64,000 nt of DNA from Promethearchaeota archaeon. Lineage in GTDB: Archaea > Asgardarchaeota > Lokiarchaeia > Sigyniarchaeales > SOKP01. The notes below the pieces were generated by a model, which saw only the letters and a list, made by a program, of their open reading frames with translations, made no database searches and had not been told where the DNA came from. A program made the position numbers and the translations under genes. Numbering within the stretch: the stretch's first letter is position 1; each line of letters begins with the position of its first letter. Of this stretch, positions 49,995-59,119 are shown one piece after another. The stretch covers positions 32,001 through 96,000 of the forward strand of contig JAHPZI010000015.1 of NCBI GenBank assembly GCA_019058295.1. Direction: 5' to 3'.

Positions 49995-50576
49995 TTGAAT
50001 GAGCTTGATTAAGTGGAGTATAATTTCGAGTTTTCTAATAATATCTTTAGAATTTTTACCAAATAATCTCATCATGGGTTCTTTTCCCATTGCTCCTTTA
50101 TCCCAGATAATATCCGGAATTCTTCCCTTTTTATGTATATTTTCTTTGATCAACCATTGCATAGTTGAATATTCTTTTTTCTTAACTTCTTCTGGTTGCT
50201 CTTCTCTAAGTATTTCTTGTAGTTCTAAGTCTGAATCATCTTGAATTGATTTAATTAATTTGGGTATATATTTTAAATTCATAACAAAATTAATTGAATT
50301 TTCAAATTCTTTCGCTGTAAGAATTAATCTAGCAGTATGATCAGAAACTCCAAATTTAATTTCACCTGAAGCCTTGGGGAACCCATCTATTATCGTAATC
50401 CTTCCCTCAATTCCAGCAATTTCGCTTTTATTTTTTGCGTTAGGTAATGAACCTGAAATATTAGTGCGAACTTCTGGTATTAATTTACTAAAACTCTTGT
50501 TAGAAGAAAAAAAATTGTAAATTTCCTTGATTTGATTAATTATTTCTAATTTTTCTTTAGGAAGGGAAAAATTCAT
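49989..50576 (-). CDS. thiN: Stand-alone thiamine-phosphate synthase domain (ThiN)
   Basis: LIPEVRTNI, AGIEGRI, FGVSDHTAR, NLKY, PDIIWDKGAMGKEPM. Confidence 0.88.
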   Translation of the reverse strand: MNFSLPKEKLEIINQIKEIYNFFSSNKSFSKLIPEVRTNISGSLPNAKNKSEIAGIEGRITIIDGFPKASGEIKFGVSDHTARLILTAKEFENSINFVMNLKYIPKLIKSIQDDSDLELQEILREEQPEEVKKKEYSTMQWLIKENIHKKGRIPDIIWDKGAMGKEPMMRLFGKNSKDIIRKLEIILHLIKLIQL

Positions 50577-50593
50577 AAAATTAAACCATTATG

Positions 50594-51178
50594 TTATTTT
50601 ACTCTATCAAAAGCCCATTTGGCTTTTTCGCTTAATCCAAGGGCTTCATAAGATTTACCAATATATAAAAATGCGTCTGGAAAATCAAAATCTTCTTTTG
50701 TAAGTTTAAATAAATGACCAATAGCCATATCATATCGTCCTTTTAAATAATAAGTTTTTCCTCTTAAGAAAAGAATTTTATGTCTATTATCCTTAGTTAA
50801 ATCTTGACTATCAAATATATTTAACTTTTCGAGAGCTTTATCATAGTCTTGTTTCTCTAGAAGATTGGTAATCGCATCAACTTGTTTTAAAAACACGATT
50901 TTTTCAGCAACTTGCTTAATCCTTGCTCTTCTCTGCTCTAACAACTTTTCTTCAAGAGATATATTTTTCTCTTTATCTTTTTGTTCTAAATAAGTTTTAA
51001 TTTTTGCCATTATATATGAATCATAATCTCTATCACATAATGGACATTTTGGAGAGTGAAGTGACCACTCTGCTAGACAAGATTCGTGAACAGGATGCCC
51101 ATTTGGACAACTGTATGACTTTTCAACATCTTTACCATCATCTCCTATATCCATATGGCAAATCAAACAAGAAGGCAT
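50594..51178 (-). CDS. RING-H2 finger plus TPR protein (putative E3-ligase-like)
   Basis: C-x2-C-x16-C-x3-H-x2-H-x2-C-x3-W-x6-CPLC; C-terminal TPR pair (LFLRGKTYY, AFLYIGKSY). Confidence 0.85.
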   Translation of the reverse strand: MPSCLICHMDIGDDGKDVEKSYSCPNGHPVHESCLAEWSLHSPKCPLCDRDYDSYIMAKIKTYLEQKDKEKNISLEEKLLEQRRARIKQVAEKIVFLKQVDAITNLLEKQDYDKALEKLNIFDSQDLTKDNRHKILFLRGKTYYLKGRYDMAIGHLFKLTKEDFDFPDAFLYIGKSYEALGLSEKAKWAFDRVK

Positions 51179-51361
51179 ATGCGGCTTATTTATATATAAT
51201 TTTATTTATTATAAACGTTTAATAAAAAACATATTATAATCATAATCTTAATAATTTATAATAATATTTTTTTTCCTAAGATTTTTAATACTAATAGAGT
51301 GTTATTTATATTTAATAAACAATTTGAATTCAAATAATTACAATGTTATGAGATTATTCTT

Positions 51362-52921
51362 ATGTCGTTCAATATAACAAAATCATTTAATATTCTTTTT
51401 AAAAATTTCTTGGAAATAAACAGTGATGTAGTTGCATTAATAGTCTCTGATAAAGGAGGTCTCATTGTTGCGGGGGAAACATCATCAGATGTTAATATGG
51501 AAATTATTTCAGTTTTAACTGCGATTGTGAATCCAATTTTAGACAGAATTCGCAATGAATTCGCTTTTAAAAAATTTGGAACTGCTTCTTTCGACACAGA
51601 TGAATATCGGCTTTTATTTATTTCTGTTGATGAAAACATAACTTTAAGCGTAGTATTAACCACGTTAGCCTCTGTCGATAAAGTTTCACCTTATGCTTAC
51701 TTCCTTGCAGAGAAAACTGCGCAGATTGTCAATGCCGAAGAGGGTGATGTTATTCAGCTTGAGATTCCTAATTTTGAATATGAAGGAGAAACAGTTGAAA
51801 GAATGAAAGACCAGATTTATCAATTGAGATTAGAAACTGGTGGAACGTATCGTTTCAAATTTATTATTATTGGGGATCATTATGTTGGAAAGACTTCCAT
51901 CGTGCGACGCTACGTTGATAGAAGGTTCTCTAAAGATTACCGGGCGACAATAGGTATAAATATAATCACACATTCGTTTGATTTTTTTGAGAATGAAATA
52001 AATTTATCTTTATGGGATATAGGAGCACAACAGTATTTTAAACGATTTAGGCGTACATATTATATGGGTTCACAAGCTGCTTTTATCGTTTTTGACTTAA
52101 CTAACCGCGAAACTTTTGAGAATGTAAAAATTTGGTTCGATGAATTAATTAATTTTTTAGGGAAAATAGATCTTCCAATTGTTATTGTAGGAAATAAAAC
52201 TGATTTGAAAGAAAAGAGAGAAATTAGTTATGAAGAAGGCGTTTCCTTAGTACCAGAATTAGCTGAAAAAGGAGTATCTAAAATTTCTTATATCGAAACG
52301 AGCGCATTGACGGGAGAAAATATTAATGATGCATTTAGTTTAATATCATATCATTACATAGTGAAAAGTAAAGAAAAAGAAGAAGAATTATTAAGAAAGA
52401 GTTTAGAGGACGGGATTAACTGCATTTTAACAGATAGAGAGAAATTAACACTTACATTTATCACGGAAAAAGCTTTTTGGAATCCCGGCTTACAAATCAT
52501 GTCTGAATTGATTGAGTTAGGAAAATATGTAAAAAAAAAGGATACAAAAGAAGAAAAGATCTTTGAATATCCAAACGGTTTAATTCTAAAAAGTCATCTC
52601 ACTAATAATTTTGATTTATCTGATTCCGATGGCGCCTTTTGCATATTTGATGCGCGCGGCAAAGAGCATATTGATCCAAAGTGGAAGGAAACATTGATTG
52701 AAATCATTGAAAGTATACAAGAAAATAAAGTTGTATTAATAGGTGTAAGAGTGGAACCTGAAAAATTAGACTGGTCAGTTTTAATGGAAGAATTTGACGT
52801 TAACGAGCAGTTGGAGAGAAAGATGGTATCGCTCTTATTCTTTAAAATTGGGGTTGAATATCGCTTAGAAATTTACGATCAACTAGAAGTCATGCTAAAT
52901 ACTATTAAAACTATATCTTAA
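51362..52921 (+). CDS. Roadblock/LC7 domain - Rab-like GTPase - degenerate GTPase-like domain fusion
   Basis: N-terminal 'ALIVSDKGGLIVA' roadblock pattern; GDHYVGKT, ATIG, WDIGAQ, GNKTD, ETSAL; C-terminal 'SDGAFCIFD...VVLIG'. Confidence 0.85.
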   Translation: MSFNITKSFNILFKNFLEINSDVVALIVSDKGGLIVAGETSSDVNMEIISVLTAIVNPILDRIRNEFAFKKFGTASFDTDEYRLLFISVDENITLSVVLTTLASVDKVSPYAYFLAEKTAQIVNAEEGDVIQLEIPNFEYEGETVERMKDQIYQLRLETGGTYRFKFIIIGDHYVGKTSIVRRYVDRRFSKDYRATIGINIITHSFDFFENEINLSLWDIGAQQYFKRFRRTYYMGSQAAFIVFDLTNRETFENVKIWFDELINFLGKIDLPIVIVGNKTDLKEKREISYEEGVSLVPELAEKGVSKISYIETSALTGENINDAFSLISYHYIVKSKEKEEELLRKSLEDGINCILTDREKLTLTFITEKAFWNPGLQIMSELIELGKYVKKKDTKEEKIFEYPNGLILKSHLTNNFDLSDSDGAFCIFDARGKEHIDPKWKETLIEIIESIQENKVVLIGVRVEPEKLDWSVLMEEFDVNEQLERKMVSLLFFKIGVEYRLEIYDQLEVMLNTIKTIS

Positions 52922-53099
52922 AAAATTATTATTGCCTTAGAAAACAATTTATTTGATTTGATTGAAAATTTCTAAATTTATTCAATATTAGGATTATCCC
53001 AAATAAAATTGCTGTTTTACTGACAAATATATATTACTACTAACATAAAAATTAAAATAAAAAAAAAGAAATTAATTTTTTAAGCTCTAATTTTTTATC

Positions 53100-54227
53100 T
53101 TATCCAAAATTATTTAGAGTCTCATTTCCAAACGTATTAGTTCCATAATCTCCAAATGCAATATCATTATTCAGAGCTGTATTTCCTATTATTGTATTTT
53201 CTAAACTTACTATTGTCGGGGCCTCTAAAATTACAATCCCATGTCCATAATTCATTCCATCGAATTTAAAATCATAAATTGCATTATTACATATAGTGTT
53301 ATAGCTTGATTTATAAATCTGAATCCCCGAAATATTAGAACCTACGTTGACCGTCATTCCTCTAATTAAATTCCCTATAATTGTTGTATAATTACTGCTG
53401 ATCAGCTGAATTCCATCAGCACTTCCCATAATTATGTTATTCGCGATTGTATTATAATGACCATATAAAAAGTATATACCCATTGCAGCCATATCCTTAA
53501 TTATATTCCCTTCAATCGTATTATTTTCACCTCCCATATCAGGACTAGTCCAACTATATGCTATACCGCTCTCACAATTAGAAATAGTATTTGCATGGAT
53601 ATGTGTATTGTTCCCTCCCGAAATCCTAATTCCAAATTGTATTTGATAAAAATAACAATCTTCAACCCAGACATTATTAGAATGAATATCGACTCCCTCG
53701 CCTTTTAAATCCGAGTCACCAATAATTTCAACCCTCTCAATATGAACCGAATTAGAATTCGTTTCATTTACTAAAATAATCTCTTTCTCCATTTTTACGA
53801 TATCGGATGCATTAATAATTAAATCCCTTATAATACAAGATTTGGCGTTAGTTATGTTAAAAGCAGTTCTATCTCCTCCACAATCTATTGTTGGTACTCC
53901 TGTTCCTTGTATAATATAGCTACCTCCTCCATCAATATCTATATGTGAAGTTAGAGTAATTGGTCTTGTTATCATAATCTTGCCATTCCCAGTACCAATC
54001 ATATCTATAGCATTATTTATATCTGCCTCTGAAGAGCAAGGATACTCATTTTCAGTTTTATATACTATTGTAGTTATCCCAGCAGGCCCATCGTCTCCAT
54101 CATCTCCATCGTCACCTTCTACTGCTCCCGTTTGAACACTAATTAAAGAATACGCTCCGACTCCTAATCCTATAGCAGCTAATATAACGGCTATAATAGC
54201 AATTGTAGACAATTTATTACTTTCCAT
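53100..54227 (-). CDS. Membrane-anchored right-handed beta-helix (NosD/pectin-lyase-like) protein with a short collagen-like segment
   Basis: N-terminal TM; GDDGDDGDDGPAG; repeated 'NTI..N.I....GI'. Confidence 0.82.
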   Translation of the reverse strand: MESNKLSTIAIIAVILAAIGLGVGAYSLISVQTGAVEGDDGDDGDDGPAGITTIVYKTENEYPCSSEADINNAIDMIGTGNGKIMITRPITLTSHIDIDGGGSYIIQGTGVPTIDCGGDRTAFNITNAKSCIIRDLIINASDIVKMEKEIILVNETNSNSVHIERVEIIGDSDLKGEGVDIHSNNVWVEDCYFYQIQFGIRISGGNNTHIHANTISNCESGIAYSWTSPDMGGENNTIEGNIIKDMAAMGIYFLYGHYNTIANNIIMGSADGIQLISSNYTTIIGNLIRGMTVNVGSNISGIQIYKSSYNTICNNAIYDFKFDGMNYGHGIVILEAPTIVSLENTIIGNTALNNDIAFGDYGTNTFGNETLNNFG

Positions 54228-54446
54228 TCTTTTTTTACCTCTATTATTTTTAATTTATATTTTATTGAATTTATTGTAAAAAAGATTTAAGGAGTAATAA
54301 TATTACTTAGTATTTATATGCATTTTTCCTATTAATCTACTCAAATTCTTTTTTAAAAGGGAAAAAGGCTTTTTTTAACGACGATTTGTTATCTTACTTT
54401 TCTTTATTTATTCCAATACCATTAAATCAGACATAAATAAAGAAAT

Positions 54447-55874
54447 TTATTTGGTTCTCTTAATATTCATTATTTTAGTCTTCTTTTTTAACATTAAAAC
54501 CCCTTGTACGGCTTCTTCAATGCTATGAAATACTGGAATATTTGAAAGCTCTAAAGATTCAATTATAGATCCATATTTAGGTATATAAGGTATGAAGCAT
54601 AGAACTGGTTTTTTTGATATTGTCACTGTATTAGCAATTCGTCGTCCTATCTGAAAGGTTATAGACGGAGTATAGGGTAGAATTAAAATAATAATGCATT
54701 CAACCCTATCTATTTTTGAGAGATATTTAATTATATTCTCTAAATCTTCATCTCTAGCCGATCCTGTAAGATCAATTGGGTTTTCAAATGTTGCTATCCC
54801 TCGTGCGACAGGATTTACCAAATTCCTCATTTCAAGTTTTTCTTCTTGAGTGAAATCCACCGCCGTTAAGCCATAGTTTTTTAATAAATCTGCACAAATA
54901 ACTCCATGACCGCCCGATAGAGATAGTATAGCAACTTTACCCTCCATAACGAGATTAGGGTCGAATGGCTTTTTCTTATGAGATAAAATGTCTAATAACT
55001 TTAAATCTGTCAACAATTCGAGTTCTGTAAGTGGTTGTATTATTAAATATTGCTCTAATGCTGCCTGAAGTATTTTTTCATTGCCTGAAAGACTAGCAGT
55101 ATGAGATTGAGTTGCTTTTTTGCCTTTTTCAGTCATCCCTCCAAAATATACAATTACATCATTATCAGATTCTTTAGCTAATTGGAGAAATTTTCTGCTC
55201 TTTGAGGGTTTAAACGCCTCTAAATAAAATGCAATATTAGAGGTGTCTTTATCTTTAGTGCTAAAATATTCTAAAAGCATTGTTTCATCTACAACTGCTC
55301 GATTTCCTATTGAAACTGCTGTGGAAACTCCAATATTAATTTGATTAAATTTATGAAAGAATTGATCTACTAAAACTCCACCTGACTGACTAATCAATGC
55401 GACGGACCCCTTTGGAGGTCGTGTGATTCGCTCTGTAGGCATAAAAATTGTGTCCAACAAGGGGGGTGAATATACACCTATACAATTGGGACCTAGAACT
55501 GCGATATCATTCTCTACTGCTATTTTTATCAGCTTTTCTTGATATTTTTTTCCTTCTCCTCCTATTTCAGCAAAACCACCGCTTATGATTATGCACCCTG
55601 GAATATTATATTCCGCACATTGTTCTACATATTCTAAAGTAGCTTTTGCAGGTATTGCAAGTACCATAAGTTCCGGAACTTTTGGTAAATCCTCTAAACT
55701 GGTAAATAGCTCTACACCTTCAATTTCGCCCCCTCCCAGATGAATCCCAAACACTTCAACTTGCATCTCAAATACATTCTTTATAAAAATGATCCTTCCT
55801 GGACTTAATGGATTGGTTTTACTAATACCTACTACTACCATACTCTTTGGTTTAAAAAGTTTCTCTAAATCCAT
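54447..55874 (-). CDS. acdA: ADP-forming acetate/acyl-CoA ligase alpha subunit
   Basis: LFKPKS, SGGFAE, GPNCIG, SQSGG, SIGN, SHTASL (phospho-His), SGGHG, NPIDLTG. Confidence 0.88.
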   Translation of the reverse strand: MDLEKLFKPKSMVVVGISKTNPLSPGRIIFIKNVFEMQVEVFGIHLGGGEIEGVELFTSLEDLPKVPELMVLAIPAKATLEYVEQCAEYNIPGCIIISGGFAEIGGEGKKYQEKLIKIAVENDIAVLGPNCIGVYSPPLLDTIFMPTERITRPPKGSVALISQSGGVLVDQFFHKFNQINIGVSTAVSIGNRAVVDETMLLEYFSTKDKDTSNIAFYLEAFKPSKSRKFLQLAKESDNDVIVYFGGMTEKGKKATQSHTASLSGNEKILQAALEQYLIIQPLTELELLTDLKLLDILSHKKKPFDPNLVMEGKVAILSLSGGHGVICADLLKNYGLTAVDFTQEEKLEMRNLVNPVARGIATFENPIDLTGSARDEDLENIIKYLSKIDRVECIIILILPYTPSITFQIGRRIANTVTISKKPVLCFIPYIPKYGSIIESLELSNIPVFHSIEEAVQGVLMLKKKTKIMNIKRTK

Positions 55875-56054
55875 GGCTTTTCAGTAATTCTCTATGATTA
55901 TTTTTTATAATTTTCCTTCTTAATAATTTTCAAGATCTTGTATATAATTCATTTTAAATTAATATTTTATAACTATTAGAATTTTAAGTGTAAAAATATA
56001 GATTAATTTAATAAATAGTATCAATCAAAAATAAATAATTGAGAAGAAGCGGAA

Positions 56055-56369
56055 ATGTCTACATATTTGATTAGTCCAGAATTTGTGTTATTCATACGAA
56101 TTGTATCTATACTCGGATTCATATTTTTAGGATCATATACTTTTTATTCATACTTAAAAATCAAGAATTTAACGCTATTATTTATTTCCTTGGCGTTTTT
56201 CGTTATTGCGTTTTCAATAATATTAAGAGTTACAGTTATTCCAATAGCAGAAACAGCATATGGCGAGACAGAACTCATAGAAGCATTATTTGAAGGAATC
56301 CAATTTATAGCAGCTTTTTTCTTTTATGCTGGTTTAAGATTAATCCAACGTAAAAAGGAGGGAGAATAA
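56055..56369 (+). CDS. Small three-TM membrane protein
   Basis: Three hydrophobic helices; first gene of a tightly spaced three-gene operon. Confidence 0.75.
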   Translation: MSTYLISPEFVLFIRIVSILGFIFLGSYTFYSYLKIKNLTLLFISLAFFVIAFSIILRVTVIPIAETAYGETELIEALFEGIQFIAAFFFYAGLRLIQRKKEGE

Positions 56370-56371
56370 TA

Positions 56372-56674
56372 ATGGTGCTAGAATTAACTCATTTGATAGA
56401 ATATGGTGTTGAAATAGGCTATGGGATTATTTATTTGATTTTAGCAATATCAACTTTTCTAAAATATAAAAAAACTGATAATAAGCTAGCATTATATTTT
56501 TTCGCTGCATTTATTTGCTTGGCATTTTCAGGATTTTATGGAGGAATAGCGGGGATTTTAAATAAATCGGGATTCGAGATGATACCTATTCTTGGCGATA
56601 AGATTTTAGAGATTTATGAAGGAGTAGCACTCGTTGCATTAATATTTTTTATAATCGGATTAATAAAAATCTAA
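56372..56674 (+). CDS. Small three-TM membrane protein with the same topology as the preceding gene
   Basis: Three hydrophobic helices; GGAGG SD; 2-bp gap to the previous gene. Confidence 0.75.
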   Translation: MVLELTHLIEYGVEIGYGIIYLILAISTFLKYKKTDNKLALYFFAAFICLAFSGFYGGIAGILNKSGFEMIPILGDKILEIYEGVALVALIFFIIGLIKI

Positions 56675-56676
56675 TC

Positions 56677-57141
56677 TTGGAAAATGAAGATAAGATGGCA
56701 GAAGAGTTATGGATAATCGATACTGGGGGTATATGTTTTTTTCATAGATGGATTAATAAAGAAACCATACTAGAAAGCATTGAAAAAAAAATTCAAATAA
56801 AAGATCAACTATTCAGCGGTCTATTATCAGGAATATTAACTTTTACATCGAAAGTCACATCAGATAAGATCGAAAAAATTCAAATGTCTGAAGGGAAGTT
56901 CTTATTTTTTACGAGTAAAAATTTAATCTTTATTGTTAGAGCAAAAATTAAATCATCAGATAACAAATTAAAAAAAAAAATTAAATTATTAGAGGATTTA
57001 TTCCTAAAAAAATTTGAAAAGAAATTAGATAATTTTAATGGCGAAGTCTCATCATTTAAAATTTTTGAAGAAGATTTGGATGAGATTTTTAATAAAATGA
57101 CAAAAGTTGAGAAATGGGGTAAAGGAATTTCAAATTTATAA
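56677..57141 (+). CDS. Longin-like domain protein
   Basis: LWIIDTGGICFFHR, DQLFSGLLSGILTF, LFLKKF...FNGEVSSFKIF. Confidence 0.7.
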   Translation: MENEDKMAEELWIIDTGGICFFHRWINKETILESIEKKIQIKDQLFSGLLSGILTFTSKVTSDKIEKIQMSEGKFLFFTSKNLIFIVRAKIKSSDNKLKKKIKLLEDLFLKKFEKKLDNFNGEVSSFKIFEEDLDEIFNKMTKVEKWGKGISNL

Positions 57142-57250
57142 GTCGATTTTATCCACTTTATTAATTAAATAATTACTTTTAATAATATTTTTTAATAGAT
57201 TTTCTATAATCGTAGGTTAGAATAAAGACTTTGGTGGGTGATTTAAAATA

Positions 57251-59083
57251 ATCAAAGGGTTTAGAGGAAGATTATTACGAGTGAATTTGTCGATAAAAGA
57301 GATATCAACAGAACCATTAAATGAAAATTATGCTAAAGATTTCTTAGGAGGAGCAGGTTATGCCTGTCGGTATTTACATGATTTTATCGATAAAGCTACA
57401 AATCCTCTATCTCCTGATAATATTATAATGTTCATGAATGGCCCATTAAATGGAACATTTGCTCCTAATACTGGTAGATGGGTGGTGTGTTCCAAATCAC
57501 CATATACTGGAATTTGGGGTGAATCAAACTGCGGCAGCTGGTTTGGTGCTGAAGTTAAGAAGGCGGGTTATGATGGTATCATTATATCTGGTACTTCGGA
57601 TAAACCAGTATACCTTGAAATTAAGGATAATAATGCAAAAATTAAAGACGCTGAGTCTTTATGGGGTAAAGGTACATTTTATACTACAAAAAAGCTTAAA
57701 GAGGTTTTTGGAGATGAAAAAGCTATGGTAGCGTGTATCGGTCAAGCCGGTGAAAACCTTGTAAAATTCGCAAACATTGTATCAGAACAGAGGGCCGCTG
57801 GTAGAACTGGCATGGGTGCGATTTTAGGTTCAAAAAAGCTAAAAGCAATAATTGTAAAAGGGAGTAATATTAAATTAGATGTAGCCAATCCCGATAAATT
57901 GAAGGAAGTAATAGCTAAAACAAGAGATAATGTTAAATCTTCAATGATGACAAAAATCTTAAATAAATTTGGGACTTCTGGTGGTGTTAACCTTTATAAT
58001 ACAACTGGAGAATTACCAATCAAATATTTCACACAATCAAATTGGGATTATGCAGACAATATCTCGGGAGTCACAATGGCAGAAAAAATATTAGTTAAAA
58101 ATAGATTCTGCCATTCATGCGTTATTGGCTGTGGAAGGAGAGTTGTTATTAAAGAAGGTAACTACAAAACTGATGAAATTGAGGGTCCTGAGTATGAAAC
58201 ACTTGTGAGTTATGGAAGCCTATATTTAAATGATAATTTAGAAGCTATCGTTGATATTAATACAAAATGCTATGATTATGGAATTGATACTATTAGTTCT
58301 GGAGCCATAATCTCGCTTATAACTTATCATTATAATCAAGGGAATATTAAATTAGAAGCCCTTGATGGATTAATACCAGAATGGGGTAATAATAAAGTAG
58401 CTGAAAAGTTTTTGGAAAAAATTGTTAAACGTGAAGGAATAGGAGATCTTTTGGCTGAAGGGTCCAATGCTGTTGGTAAAAGATTTAATATTCCTCAAGA
58501 TGAGATTGCTACAGTTTATGGTTTAGAAATAACTTATCATGATCTACGTTCAAATTATGGAATGGCGATAGCATATGGGATGGGGTTAAAAGGGCCTTCA
58601 CATAATTTACTTGATGCTTATTTTGTATTAACAGGCATTCCATTAGAAGAAATTGGGATAAAATTAATAGATAAATTCTCTGATAGTAGGGATATGGCTG
58701 AATTTTGCTCTTTACTTATGGATTACCGAGCATTATATAGTTCAATGATAATGTGTTCTTTTTGTAATCCTTTACCTTCTCAAATTGCATCTATAATTGA
58801 ACATGCTACTGGATTAAAATTTGGACTTGACGAGATTAAATTATATGGAGAGAGAATAGCAACAATTAAACGATTATTTAACATTAAAATGGGGTTAACT
58901 CAAGAAGATGACAATTTACCACAGATTTTGTTGAGACCATTTTCAGATGGCGGTTCAGCGGGTAAATCCCCAGATTTTAAAAAATTAAAAAAGTATTTTT
59001 ACAACTATAGAGACTGGGATCCAAAAACCGGAATCCCAAGTGACTTTAAACTTAATATATTATCATTAAATACTCTAAGATAG
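57251..59083 (+). CDS. aor: Tungsten aldehyde:ferredoxin oxidoreductase family protein (second paralog); first canonical start is GTG 57281, but conserved sequence extends to about 57251
   Basis: KGFRGRLLRVNL N-terminus, GGAG, KSPYTG, ESNCG, IGQAGEN, AGRTGMGAILGSK, CHSCVIGC, GPEYET, GIDTIS. Confidence 0.93.
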   Translation: MKGFRGRLLRVNLSIKEISTEPLNENYAKDFLGGAGYACRYLHDFIDKATNPLSPDNIIMFMNGPLNGTFAPNTGRWVVCSKSPYTGIWGESNCGSWFGAEVKKAGYDGIIISGTSDKPVYLEIKDNNAKIKDAESLWGKGTFYTTKKLKEVFGDEKAMVACIGQAGENLVKFANIVSEQRAAGRTGMGAILGSKKLKAIIVKGSNIKLDVANPDKLKEVIAKTRDNVKSSMMTKILNKFGTSGGVNLYNTTGELPIKYFTQSNWDYADNISGVTMAEKILVKNRFCHSCVIGCGRRVVIKEGNYKTDEIEGPEYETLVSYGSLYLNDNLEAIVDINTKCYDYGIDTISSGAIISLITYHYNQGNIKLEALDGLIPEWGNNKVAEKFLEKIVKREGIGDLLAEGSNAVGKRFNIPQDEIATVYGLEITYHDLRSNYGMAIAYGMGLKGPSHNLLDAYFVLTGIPLEEIGIKLIDKFSDSRDMAEFCSLLMDYRALYSSMIMCSFCNPLPSQIASIIEHATGLKFGLDEIKLYGERIATIKRLFNIKMGLTQEDDNLPQILLRPFSDGGSAGKSPDFKKLKKYFYNYRDWDPKTGIPSDFKLNILSLNTLR

Positions 59084-59119
59084 AATTAAAATTATTTAAT
59101 ATTAAAAATAAATAAAAAG

